Below, in pieces: positions 35,585-49,089 of a DNA stretch of 64,000 nt (position 1 is the stretch's first letter; the number at the start of each line of letters is the position of its first letter). The translations under genes and the position numbers were made by a program. The stretch lies in contig NC_087246.1 of the NCBI RefSeq assembly GCF_037042905.1, positions 6,512,001 to 6,576,000 on the forward strand. The letters run 5' to 3'. The notes beneath the pieces are model-generated. The model was given only the letters and a program-made list of their open reading frames with translations, ran no database searches and had not been told where the DNA came from. This stretch comes from Lytechinus pictus (lineage: Eukaryota).

Positions 35585-38509
35585 TTTAAGCATAAACCTT
35601 CTATTTCTTTTCGTAATTTAGTAGTCTTTGTCACAGCCGCTTTAGAAAAAAGTACGACGCATGTCATGACAGAAGGCAAGGACAAAAAACAGAGCTTTCT
35701 AGTCAAATGAAATTGGTGACATTCCTTGCTTAAAACATATTCTATTTTATCAAGTGATATTATAGGCCTACATAAAAATACGCTTTGTTATGATCCAAAT
35801 AAATTTTTAAACAAGGATGATCTGAACAAATTATCTTTGGATACTGAATGTTACTACATGGCTTTGTACTGATCCTGGGAAAGCCATCAGAAGTAGTATC
35901 CGAAGTTTTATACCAACTGTATCGTAGACCAAACGACAATTAGATCAATTGATGATCAATTGATCGAATACCAAATGGTTTTAGCCATAAGAAGTTGGCC
36001 GACTGATTGTAGACCACATGGATGTAGGTCAAAACTATATTTGACTTCGCAGATCAGTGAAACGAAGAACTTGTGTTTTTTAAGAGTTATTCTATCACGC
36101 GCTTCACTTGTTATCAATCAGGCAACAACTTTCTTTTAGTTTTTTTTTCCGAATATAATTATGAATTATGCAAAATGTATTTTATGAGTCGCACGTCTTT
36201 AATAAAACCTTATAGAAAGGAGATACACACACAAGACGTAGGCCCAAATCATGCCGATTCTTGCAAAACATGATCCATTAAAACATTATGTTAAATCCTC
36301 TTCCGAGATGAATACTGATAAGAAAGGTGTTTGAATAGAACGCAAATAATTGTATACCTGTTTCAATATATTTTTTAGTTTATTGATCTTATTATTTTCA
36401 CGGGGATGCGGTACATATTGACACTGGTTTATGCCATTTATTTCCAATGACATACCGTAGGTCTAAACGGTTTCGAGTTAGTATCAATGATGCGACTGTA
36501 ACATTCATTGACATAAAGAAAGAACACATGCTAATTGTTTTTACATGTGCAGCAAGGGAATATAATTATATTCATTACTAGAGCAAGATAACTAGTAAAA
36601 ACCAAAGAAATTATGCCTTTTTGCCCGACTCACTGCTACTCTTGTAAATGCTGCAAGCCTTATGCCGTATAAAACCCCACAGGCATCACTAGGAATAGAA
36701 CAATGTATGGAAAGTCCTACCAGCATCCATCATCGCTTTAGTTTGTAAACGTCTAATGTTTCCTGCTAAAACCCGGGTCAATAGTATAATTGTCCTCTTT
36801 GCTGTATAACTTACAGGAAAATAGCTTTGATGATAAGCTTTCATCGATTTTATTTGATGAATCTGTTTGCAGATGGCTTGCTGACCAGATATTTACGACC
36901 TCTTGGAGGACTTTATACCATCCAATTTGAACTTGAATTAAAGAGAACCACTGAAAATCATCTCGGATCTCATCGGAAGAAAAATTGATATTATCGTCTT
37001 CTCATAATCCTTTATCATCTTTATCCCTTTAGTCGTTGTTTTTATGACTTTGATTGTTATGACGTTTAATATTTCACTGTCGTCTTTCCAAAGGCTTTTT
37101 ATCAAATTCAAGAGGCTTACTAATGCTATTCGACAACAAAATAAAAAGTGCATGATATCACCATAAATGTCACAGCAAAACTTCGATCCGGGGTTCGATC
37201 ACAAACCCAGTTTATGACACCTCTGAAACATCCGTCAAACGTCGCTATATAGCTTCCGTAACTCCATGGTTGCAGTGTATTTTCATGTATTTTCATTCAA
37301 AATACCTTTTCCTGATTACCACACACATTTTGAAAGCAAAGAAAATGTGTGAAAAAATACTAGGTGTCCGCATGTACATGGACGGGTGTGAAGGTGCGGT
37401 AGTGTATGTGATGTGTGTGTCCGGATGTGCGTGTGTGTGTGGGTTTTTTTCTTTTAAGGGTGAGGGTGTGCATTGATATGCTTGAATTCGAGGGAGATAG
37501 AAAACGAGAAATAGAGAGATCGAGATTGAGGAAAGTACGCTTTGACCGACGTTTACTCTTTCTGGATTTCTCCCTTTTTATTCGTATAATCTACATCTTT
37601 GCTATGGAAACTGACGATAAAAAGAGGTGTCGGCATAGACTTACGTCAATATGAAACCGAATATGAAAGAAAATATTGCTCGTCTCTGATTGCACGCGTA
37701 TCGCTTTTCAATACACTGGTAGATTGTTCTTTGTCTTGTTCTTGTCAGTGCAACAAAAAACCGCAGAATTAGAATTCTTTACTATCCCTGTGGCGGAGTC
37801 GAATCAGATCGCTATCTGCGGAAAGCCTGTTATTTCACTTAGAGGGCTTTGATAGCGTGGATGCAACTCCACCATATTTACCACATGATCCAGGTGAGAT
37901 TTCAAATGCCAGTCTTGCTTACGAATGAGGGAAGACAAGTTTTGAGATACGAAAGGAAAATACAGTGAGAAAGAAGATGGGAAAAGACTGGTAACAAGTA
38001 CAAATAAACCATTAGACCGCATATAAAATAAACAGGTGCAGTGTAGATGCCAGTACCAAATTAGATTAATTTGATAAAATGACGGGACTACGATAGCTAA
38101 CTCATACCTATCCGTTTTGACGGTATATATAAATTTCTCATTCTAGTCTATTAAGGAAATAAATCATATATTTTTAAGAGCAAAATGGAAGAGAGATAGA
38201 CACGAACTCCCTAAAACGCACATATTTTCACACGAAAAATCAAAATATTAATGAAAGCGAATTATTTTTATTTAAATCACTGGGGAATTTTAAGATTCTA
38301 GCCTTAAAAAAAAAAATTTCAATAAAAAACTATTTTGATGAAAGGTTCCTAGTACTTTCTTATCAACGGTCCCCGTAAACAATCCCACATGTATTTTAAA
38401 AAGTTTGTTTGGTATATGGGTTTCGTACACGTATATAGCACATGTAAGTAAGCCCATCTTACCACAAATGCACTGATTCGATAACGTTACCTCTTATGAA
38501 TACTTACGC

Positions 38510-40230
38510 TTATTGCATTGACGCCTACAGGCGACAATGCTATTGTTGTTGTTCCGTATTCCTATTCCGTGGTTTTTGTTAGCTCTGCCCAGGTTCCGTC
38601 CCTCATCCAAATTTGGTAGACATGTTGTCCAGCATCCCTAGTTGTGCACCTCGTCTTCCATTTCCAAAATCACTCATGCATGACCATCCAGGCGCCATTT
38701 TGTAAATTTCAAGTCCATTTGCATACCATTCGTAATTCCGTCCTAACTCCCTTATCCTGCATGCTACAGACTTCTAACAAATTGCTGTAGATTGTTTAAG
38801 AGTTGCTCTTTCATATTATTGCTACGACTTGCCCTTCAAAATGCCATCTTCTTGCCCTAAATTCAATTCCAAAATAGTCTACGTTCAAAAACTTCATATT
38901 TATTGAAATGCAAAGTAGGAAAATCGTAAACTGGCCATAACTTCCTTGTTTTTATTCGTTTCCGTCTAATATTTTCATTGTTTACTAATGGTATCATCTT
39001 TCACAATTCAACAAATTTTTACGCATCAGTGACCATTAAATTTAGAAATAGCGCTCTCTATTGCAAAGTCAACAAAAAGTAAAACGACAATAACTTTGTT
39101 GTTATCATTTATTTTGGTCTCATATTTTCAGGGCTGGCTTATAATATCATCCCTCATAATCCATATGCTTTTTACGCATCAGTAACTATTACATTTAGAA
39201 ATAGCGCCCTCTATTTCAAACTAAAGAAATATTAAAATGGCCATAAGTTCCTTGTTTTCATTCATTTCGGTGTCATATTTTCAGGGTATGCTTATTGTAT
39301 CAATACTCATAATCCATCGTGTTTTTTACGCATCAGTGACCATTACCTTTAAGAAATAGCGCCCTCTATTGAAAAGTCGAAAATAGTAAAATGGCCATAA
39401 CTTTCTCGGTTTCATCCATTTCGGACTCTTTTTTTCAGGGTTTGCTTATGGTAACATCCTAAATAATTCACTAGTTTGTTACGCATGAGTGACCATAACC
39501 TTCAGAAATAGCGCCCTCTATTGCAAACTAAAGACATTTAAAATGGCCATAACTTCTTTGTTTTCAATCATTTTGGTCTCATATTTTCAAAGTTTGTCTT
39601 TGGTATCGTCCCTCAAATGCCAAATTTTTTTTTTACGCATCAGTGATCATTACCTTTAGAAATAGCGCCCTCTATTGAAAAGTCTCAGAATTCAAAATTG
39701 CCATAACTTTCTCGTTTTTCATCCATTTTGGTCTCATATTTCCAAAGTTTCCTGTTGGTAACATCCTTCATAATTCACTGGTTTGTTACGCATCAGTGAC
39801 CATTATCTTTAGAAATAGCGCCCTCTATTTAAAAGTGGAAAATAGTAGAATTGCCCTAACTTCCTCGTTTTCATACATTTTGGTCTCATTTTTTCAGAAA
39901 TTGCTTATGGTAACATCTTTCATAATTCACTGGTTCGTTACGCATCAGGGACCATTACCTTGAGAAATAGCACCCTCTATTGCAAAGTTGGAAAATAGTA
40001 AAATTGCCATAACTTCCTTGTTTTAATTTATTTTGGTCTCATATTTTCAGGGTTTGCCAATTGTATCATTTCAAATAATCCAACTGCGTTTTACGCATCA
40101 GTGACCATATTAATATTTTGAAAATGTATATCATCGAGAGTTTTCTCTCTATCTCCTTCTGTTTTTTGCCCTCTATCAAAGCACAGGCGTCAATGCATGC
40201 ACATCGTTCTGATACGATTGCAGTTCTAGT
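38510..40230 (+). mobile_element. Non-autonomous Helentron/HINE-like rolling-circle element with an internal tandem array
   Basis: The 5' subTIR gcattgacgcct has an adjacent inverted copy, and the 3' subTIR aggcgtcaatgc lies at 40185-40196. These are followed by the stem-loop tgcacatcg...cgattgca and a CTAGT end. No TSD is visible. Confidence 0.7.
38900..40110. repeat. Tandem array of about 8 units of ~153 bp
   Basis: The acgcat anchor recurs at 39021, 39174, 39328, 39481, 39635, 39788, 39940 and 40093 (spacing 152-154). Confidence 0.95.
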
Positions 40231-41105
40231 AATGAAGTCTGTAATTTTTCAGTTATTGTATATACAGTATCTTGATACTCAACAGTAACAGTACAATAAT
40301 CAATATTTTTCCTTTTTACGAAAAAATTATGAATTATTACGGGGGCTTTCTATTGTTGCAACCACTGATTCTAACACCTTATACCCAATTATTTTGGTTT
40401 GTGAGATAACAGAAACACTGGAATTAATAAATCTCTGTGAAAAATCAATTATATTTTTCATACATGACCTAGTCTCTACCGTGTAAAAACATTTCATATC
40501 ATAAGTGAAAACAGTTTGGTTGTGAATTGGAACGTAGTATTGTACACATCTATCGACCTATCGAGGACGTTTGCACTTTCAAGCCTCTATTTCAGATCAT
40601 AATGATTCTTTTAAATTTCTAATAAATAAACACGAGGGGACAATAATTAAATGAAAATAGGAATTGTGAAAATAATACTCCCCATTTGTAGTCTTATCAT
40701 TGGTGCATTGTCATAATAAACACATAGACGAATCATTCCATTCGATTATCATCAAAAGAGAGAAAAAAGGTTTGTATTCATTCACATAAGGTCCAACAAT
40801 TCTTGGTCTAGCACTCAACTTTTAAATCATGAATGTTTGTAAATATATACCCAAATGGTCAAATTTTTCGTCATCTTATCATAATGATAATGATAATAAT
40901 ATTATTATTAGCATCATCATTATTATTATCATTATTATTATTATCATTATTTTATTATTATTATTATCATCATTATTATCATTGATCACATAGACTATAT
41001 AATCATGAAAATGTTAGACTTAGTGGATATTTGAAATAAAAAATGGTTATAGCCGAAATTCAAATAGACAAAATGGTAAAAATGCTATAATGCAGTTAGA
41101 CTTAA

Positions 41106-41695
41106 AGGACAAGTCCACCCCAACCATAATTTTTATTTGAATAAAAATAGAAAAATCCAACAGGTATAACACTGAAAATTTTATCAAAATCGGTTGTAAA
41201 ATAAGAAAGTTATAACATTTTAAAGTTTCGCTTAATTTCACAAAACAGTTATGTGCACATCCTGGTCGGTATCTAAATGAGGAGACTGATGACGTCATCC
41301 ACTCACTATTTCTTTTGTATTTTATTATATGAAATATTCTAATTTCTCCTCATTTTCAAGTGAAACAAAGATTCGTTCCTCCCTGAACATGTGGAATTGT
41401 TTTAATACTATATGGTTCAGGCAAGTTGCTCCTTATTGTCCAATCTGTAAAAAAATGATATATTGTATAATTCAAACAATAAAAACAAAAGAAATAGTGA
41501 GTGATGGACATCATCAACTGTCTCATTTGCCTGCCACTGAGATGTGCATATAACTGTTTTGTGAAAAATAAGCGAAATTTTAAAATGTCATAACTTTCTT
41601 ATCTTACAACCGATTTTGATGAAACTTTAACGTTTTGCTAGTTTGATTTTTCTCTATTTATTCAGATCATCATTTTTCTTGGGTGGACTTGACCT
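41106..41695. mobile_element. Complete Kolobok-like MITE with TTAA target duplication
   Basis: TTAA|AGGACAAGTCCACCC...GGGTGGACTTGACCT|TTAA, long imperfect TIRs and RR...YY termini. Confidence 0.88.
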
Positions 41696-42137
41696 TTAAC
41701 GGTTAGAAGACGAATGATGACATCATAGGGACATTACAAAGTGGATGTAGACCGATTGGCATGTTATCTGTTGAGCATCATTATGTTAACATGCCTTCCT
41801 CTGAATGCATGATCGCGTGTACATCACAGACTATTTGAATATCTAATTATAATGACAAGACCTCTTCAAATAAAATATAATCAAATCTACAAATGTGTTA
41901 TCATTGCAAACTGAATGACAGGTTATGTACAAAGTTACTATTTGCACCAGAAGAGCACGTTTGGATTCCATTTATCAACCTTAAAACGAATGTCTGATCA
42001 GACGCTCTCTTTATGATGTTTGCAAATTAAAAGGAACAATTTATTTTGAGGAGACATTGAAAGGAATCTGTCCTATAGTTTCAACAGTTAAGTTCAACTT
42101 CATACGCAGTATACAAGCAAAGACATATATGAACATG

Positions 42138-42722
<585 letters not shown>

Positions 42723-43678
42723 GAACAATTATGCATATGCAAATTTATATGCAATTTAACAATCTGTGAGAAGCACGAGCGGAAATTGTTGATATTCAGA
42801 TGCAAATTAAAGCGAAAAAGAGAGTAACTATATTCTCACACCTCTGGATCACTTACCTTAAGCCATGTTTTACTTTAGTTCTATACATTCACGCTTTAAG
42901 CCTTAACCACACCCCAAACTCAAGACCAAATAAATGAAATCCAAAGCAGCTAAAATTCATTTTATGGCGCCGTCCTATCTTACAAATTGATGTGAAAATA
43001 ACATTATTTGCTCATTTATTTGAATAACACTTTGGCTTATCAACTTCATGCAATCTTTCTCCACAGCCTTCATATCCGTTGTTGAATTTGTTTTAAGGGA
43101 TATGAGGATTTCATTAATGTAGGTGAAGTACGATACACGAATTGAAGCATGTTATTTATTCAAATAATCCATCGATTGCGGATAAACAGGTAGAAGTAAT
43201 ACCTTCAGAGCGTCTGCCATTTTATTTACACATAGTTGATTTCTTCAGTAATTATTATGATCTACATTTACGTATTTTCGCAATCACTACGCAGATACTT
43301 TCTACAATTTAATGCACAAATTCCTATGGAAATTCATGTCAAATCACAATCGAAAGCTGAGAAGTCTTTGTCGAAAAATAGTTGGCCGGGACAGCAGTTC
43401 GTCCGAAGATTCGGACCGGATGAAAAAAAGGCAAATATGTAGTTTGTCCAGAGTCCAGGATGACACTGCTGTTTGGATTGACCGATTTAGACAAAGGTTG
43501 TTTTGTCATTGAAGGGCTTTTGACAAAATATTTTCTGTGTTATAGAAAGCAGCTGCGTAGTGACTTCGCACCGCTTCCGAGAACATGAAAATTGTATTGC
43601 CAAATGCCCTTCATGACAATAAGCAACCAAGAAGTCTTTGTCGAAAATTAGTAAATCAAGAGAGCAGTTTCGTCCTTG

Positions 43679-43881
43679 TTGGGTGTTTTATAAAGCCCTT
43701 CGTAGGTTATCAGCGATTTTAAGAACGACTGGTGAACCTTTCTTACGCGCTAAATAACCACTAATTAACATTTAATGGTGGAAATAATTTCCCACAGAAA
43801 AGGATCACCAGTCATTCTTAAAGTCACTCATTCTTATAAGTCACTCTTAACCTTACGAACAACTTTATGAAACGGACCCTG
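43679..43881. mobile_element. Short TIR MITE, nested in an older inverted-repeat element (about 43360-43965)
   Basis: gggtgttttataaag...ctttatgaaacggaccc and ttaagaacgactggtga/tcaccagtcattcttaa inverted pairs. The host shows ccgggacagcagttcgtcc / ggacgaactgctgtcccgg. Confidence 0.6.
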
Positions 43882-44680
43882 GACTGTGGAAAACAAAGTG
43901 TATGTAATTATTCGTCAGCTCCGAAACCTAGGACGAACTGCTGTCCCGGTTCACCAGTTTTTGGGGCGAAACGGGGCGAAAACTCACGAATATGAATTCG
44001 ACTAAAATCATTCATTAACTGAGCACACCCAATGCATTGGCGCATTGATCAGATTATATAATACCCCCATCTCACTAGATGGCGATTCCACTGCGATCGT
44101 CAAAAATCGACAAAGCGTGGTATAACGTAGCTTGATCGTGCCTTGATCTTTTCAATCTTCTCCGTCGTACCTTGATCTTTTCTGAAGCGGCAAGGATCGC
44201 CACCATCTTTATGGTCGCCACAAAATTTTGAACATGTTCAAAACTTACGTAGCGAGATCGCGGAGGTGCTAAAGCGCATCACAATCGAGTCATGAGCGTA
44301 TTACAAACGACATATTCGTAGCTGTAACGGAGCCCCAACGCATAAAGCGTAGTATAAGCGCATTAAAAGCGGCACCGATCGCCCGTGGTTTTCAGGCCCG
44401 TTCCCAAGACAATTCTGCTACGCTGCTTCCGTTTACAAGGCGACTGCCTTGCGCTCGACACGCTTCACACAGCTTCCACCACGACGCTTCCTTCTTTGGG
44501 TGGCATGTGGCACACGTTCTCAGCCCGCTACAGGCGTTCGCGTTGCGCTTTTGCTGCGCCGCTGATGACTGGGCAGCGATTGCGCAACAACCGTCCGCGC
44601 TGCTATAAAACGCCGTGCCGATGGTGGCGGATTATCATATTTGCAACAGATTACGAGGCGATACCACGGCGTTTTCAAAC

Positions 44681-44907
44681 ATACCTCCCAGAAAAAGGAC
44701 CAGAAAAGGGAAAGCTGCCCAAGCTGCCCAAGCTACCCCTCTTAGGCCGGCGGTCGAAGAGGAAGATCAATGGGTTATGGTGGTGGTAGAGGAGGAGGAG
44801 GTAGAGGAGGAAGATCGAGGAGGGGGTACAGGAGGAGGATGAAAATCTTACTGCTGAGCCAGCTGGAAAGAGAAAAAAGACGCTCACATGTCTTGATGAC
44901 GAAATGG
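44681..44907 (+). pseudogene. Probable remnant N-terminus of the Harbinger accessory (Myb/SANT/MADF-type) ORF
   Basis: TATAAAA at 44604, then ATA(=mutated ATG?)-PPRKRTRKGK, an acidic tract and a frameshifted EEDENLTAEPAGKRKKTLTCLDDE. The DNA-binding domain itself is absent, so the assignment rests on context. Confidence 0.5.
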
Positions 44908-45288
44908 GTTACCTCTGCAGAAATAAATAAATTGATTATGTTTTGAAAATAAATTGAATTCTAACCACAGTGACAGTAGACAACATCAAATTTTGTTAAT
45001 GATTCGATCACTTATGTATTGATTGGGAAAGGCAATCTTTAGGGAGATTCTGGCATTGTGCTCCCCTCCCTTTTTATGAGTGCTCTCACATCAGTAGTCA
45101 GTAGACTACTTCTTGTCAGCAAATTTGAAAGGAATTTACCAAATATTTTTGAGTGACAAACTTTGTGGGAAAAAATAAACAGAATATAAAAGATTTTTAT
45201 GCTCTTTTATGAAATTCTGGATGCATCCCTCATATTAACTATTAGGCTCATCGACATCTTTTGAATAAAATTTTAAAAATATTGTATA

Positions 45289-45426
45289 TTATGACTTAGG
45301 TGACAGCCAGGATCGGACCCTGTATCTTTTTGGCCTCCTCCTTCTCCTGTCCTCGCATTCAACTTTTAACTGATGTTCTTTTAGAATGCCAAGATGTATA
45401 AGTCCAACCAAATTCTGGACATCCAT
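45289..45426 (-). pseudogene. Truncated N-terminus of a Harbinger (HARBI1-like) transposase
   Basis: MDVQNLVGLIHLGILKEHQLKVECEDRRRRRPKRYRVRSWLSPKS* resembles the RRRRR-x-WVRPWL N-terminal motif of Harbinger transposases. Confidence 0.6.
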
Positions 45427-48027
45427 GTTGGTCGGAGGTTGGCAATCGACTGAAAAAGGTGTCATGTGCCGCGATTAGTATGCCGATTGCTTGAAATCGT
45501 TTCAAGAGCCCATCATGAACGTAACATAATCGCTTCATTCGTAGCACCACCGTACCGAGGTCCTAATTAGCGTATGAGCCTCGTTGTACGATCGCTTTGA
45601 TCGCAGAAGCAGCGCATCACATCTGCCTCGAATCGTCGCAAGAAAGTGGCATCGTCGTACTTTCAGCGTATTACCATCGCCTTCAGCGCAGGTCGGTCGC
45701 ATAGGAGTTGCAGTTCAATCGTCTCGCAGGCTAAAAATAGAATTCGAGGAAGATTCTGCTACGATTTGCGGGATTTACACAGATCGCCATGGTCGCCACA
45801 ATCGCCTTCCTAGTGAGATGGGGGTATAAGTGAACTTTACTGTAGCGAAGCACACTATTTATTAAAGTCCAATCTGTTGAGTGCTGAGCATCGTGTTCGT
45901 GGAACGAGCAGGTGTGTTTCAAAAGTTCACATTGACAATACTTTGACGTCAAAGAACCGTACATTACATATTATGCGGATGGCGGCAGCCTTTGGGTGTG
46001 TCTGAGAAAATAGGCAGTGTAAACAATTTTCCAGTAGCGTGACGAATGCGATGAAAAATTGCATTTTCTCCATTCTTCTTTCACATTACGACCAGATGAA
46101 TAATCAGACCCCGAAGCATTCCTTGAACATGATTTTCACTAGAAATGGCATGCATAAGCAATTAAATGATTGTATCGGACTTGTGAGTCTATTCATCAGT
46201 GAATATCACTGGCTATAGAACTTTATGAAACCTTCCCCACAATTTGTTCAGCCTACAATGACGATACAATTTGTCAGTCTCTTTTTATTGGAAATATGTT
46301 GTATTCAACACTACTCATCTTGGAGAAGGCAATCATGTTTATGGGCTGTGTTTCTTCATGAATTAAAGGGCACTGAATATTCTAAGCTTCGTTTAGATTG
46401 AGCACTAGGGGATATTTCTATAATGAATTTTTTTATAAATCTTTAATATATCCATCGGCAATATCTTTATAAATAACTCAATATGTGCAAGCGTTGAACA
46501 GAAAGACATTGAAGATGTACAAAACATTTTGATTTTGGAGTGGGAAATTTGAAAGCATCTTACGTGAAGACCACAATGTAAAAGTTAAGGTTTGGCAGGA
46601 AGAAATTAAATCGTTACAGTAAAACCAGTTGGTACAATCAAAGGATATGGGCATATGATTAGTACGGTATTGAATAATAATAGGCCTGAGGTACAATACC
46701 AATTTCAACAGAAACGCATTGCAGGATATCTTCAAAATAATGAGCTGTTTTCTGTTGCATGACATGAACATTCATTCACAATAATCTGCTAAAGATGAAT
46801 GATGGTGAAGGTACTGATTTTCTAAAACTGCTCGCAAACATGAAATCCAATTGCCAATGAAAAAAAAGATGTTACAGGCACGTTTCTCCGAGTCTCTTGA
46901 GCAGAACTGGTGGAGCTCAATTTCATTTATTAATAAAGCTGAATAGAAATATGATGACCCTTCATCCCGGTGTCAGTCATATTGCAATCGCATTTGGGAG
47001 CATTGATTGACATAGTAAAAAGTAGGGTTAATGTCCTCTCTGGCAGCTTATTATGATATTGATGAAATCACAGAAGCTGGACAATCATATATCATATTCA
47101 TGTACTTTCTAAGAAGTCAACACGTTTATTTGTATATATATATTGATGATAATTGCAAAGCGTAAAGCGCTTTGAGTCGTTATAGGGAAAGCGGTATATA
47201 AAAACTAGCTATTATTATTAGTAGTATTAGTATCATTGTTAATTGATATATTTTATCTTCAAATTGAAAAGTTTATCCTCAAAGGAAATCTTTTTCGTAA
47301 TTTTTCAATTAAATAATGGTCAAATCTATGGATATCTCGTGAAGATGCTTTGCTATGTGAGTTCAGCCCTTTAAAGATGTAGCATTTTTTTCATGTCTGT
47401 ATATTATAATGATATTCATTTTAAACAGAACACCCAACTCAAACACACACACACGTCCCTCACAACTTACAGACAGAATCCAAATAGTAAATTCAATTAT
47501 TCAATTGATCATCACGAGATCGCGTTTTATTATGAATTTTCAATTCGGCTGTTTGCCTCTGTGAATAGCTCTATTAGCCAGTCATCTTTCTACAATTCCA
47601 ATTATTTATTGGTTTGTAAACATCTGTACATTTTCGGTCAAGCTATTGAATGTAAATATCCAACAATCATAATTATTTTCTGTCAGAAATTTAAAGATGC
47701 ATTTTTGTATAACGTCACTGAAAAACCCCATCCGGGAAAAACTTGCATTTTTTGGAATTCATATCAAATAACAAATAATGTAGCTGATTCAATGTGACGT
47801 CATGAATTTAAAGAATCACAAGTTTATTACCATTTGATAGATTTTCGCTAAACTTCTATTAAATTGTCTCTTTTTTCCGTTTTCATCTAAATCATTTTAA
47901 TGTATGGGAACTTCATCTTTAAGATGACATTTTGGCTATACTTGTGTCTTCTGGTCCATGTAACAGTAGATAATTAATCACTAAATTGTCTGAATGTGCT
48001 TTCTTATCTTATATAATTATCATATAA

Positions 48028-48770
48028 AGTTTAGTTTAGTTTTCTCCAACGATGTTGTAGGACTAAGCCTGTTCATCGATCAAATTAGAATATCTATTGC
48101 TGCTCTCCTTTAGACAAAATTAGATGCACCACTTATGTTGACAGGGAGAGGTGGCAGGGGTATTGTAGACAGCAAAAAAATTCGATGAAAAACACACGAA
48201 AATCTAAAATCACTCAAAATCATAGGCAATCTTCTCCCAATGCTTATCCAGTCTATTCTTAAATGCAATCACTGAACAAGCAGTAACTACATCTTCTGGG
48301 AGACTGTTCCACACATCTATCACTCGGTGAGAAAAGAAAAACTTACGCACATCAAGACGTGAATATCTTTTCTCTAGCTTTAAGGAATGACCACGTGTTT
48401 TACCACCATTTCTCAGACAGAAAAGCTCGGACATTGTATCATAGTAACCATGCAGATATTTGTACACATCAATCATGTCACCTCTTTTTCGTCTGTGACT
48501 GAGTGATGGCAATTTCAGGAGGCGAAGACGTTTAGAGTATGAAAGGTGCTTAATACCTGCGATCAATTTAGGAGCTCTACGTTGGACACTCTCTAACCGC
48601 CTCTGCTCACCCAGCTTATGCAGTGACCACGCAGCCTGGCCATACTCTAAGATTGGGCGAATAATACCCTTAAACAATAGCTTAATAGAAGTCTTATGCA
48701 AATGCGCAAAAGTTCTTCTTATGATACCAAGCAGTCTATTAGACTTTGAAACCACTTTAGAAATATGGCA
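48028..48770 (-). mobile_element. 5'-truncated CR1-clade LINE (RT C-terminal region 48210-48755 plus 3'UTR)
   Basis: LLGIIRRTF...IRPILEY...LESVQRRA...RRKRGDMIDVYK...TRGHSLKL...FFSHRVIDVWNSLP...FKNRLDKHW, with a (CTAAA)n-type tail. Confidence 0.92.
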
Positions 48771-49089
48771 AGGTAAAACCTAAAAATCATTCTGAGACAT
48801 AATGCTTCTTTGTGTAGCAAGTAATACTGTGACGCAGATAAGAACAGATGTTTACCCATGCAGGCGACTCAGAGGGCATATACCCCCCCCCCCCACGGAA
48901 TTTGCGATTCGTTTGTCCTATTAAGAGATACTGCCCCATTTTGAGTAATAAACTCTTTTATTCGCTTGTTAAGATTGTACTCCCTCATTCACTAAGCTCT
49001 GGATCCGCCCCTGCACTCGCACGATTAATATAGCTGACTAATTTAAACACATTGTAATCAACTGTTGGTTCATTCTGGATAAATGTGAA

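Larger units (their letters stand above)
44062..45826. mobile_element. Internally deleted PIF/Harbinger DNA transposon with TAA TSD
   Basis: TAA|TACCCCCATCTCACTAG...CTAGTGAGATGGGGGTA|TAA, with remnants of two convergent ORFs. Confidence 0.88.

Noticed and set aside
38900..40110. CRISPR array
   Set aside because: Whole 153-bp units are homologous with no unique spacers, the context is eukaryotic, and no cas genes are present.
48210..48755. 181-aa ORF as a host gene
   Set aside because: It is the C-terminal portion of a CR1 LINE ORF2, 5'-truncated and lacking the RT catalytic core.
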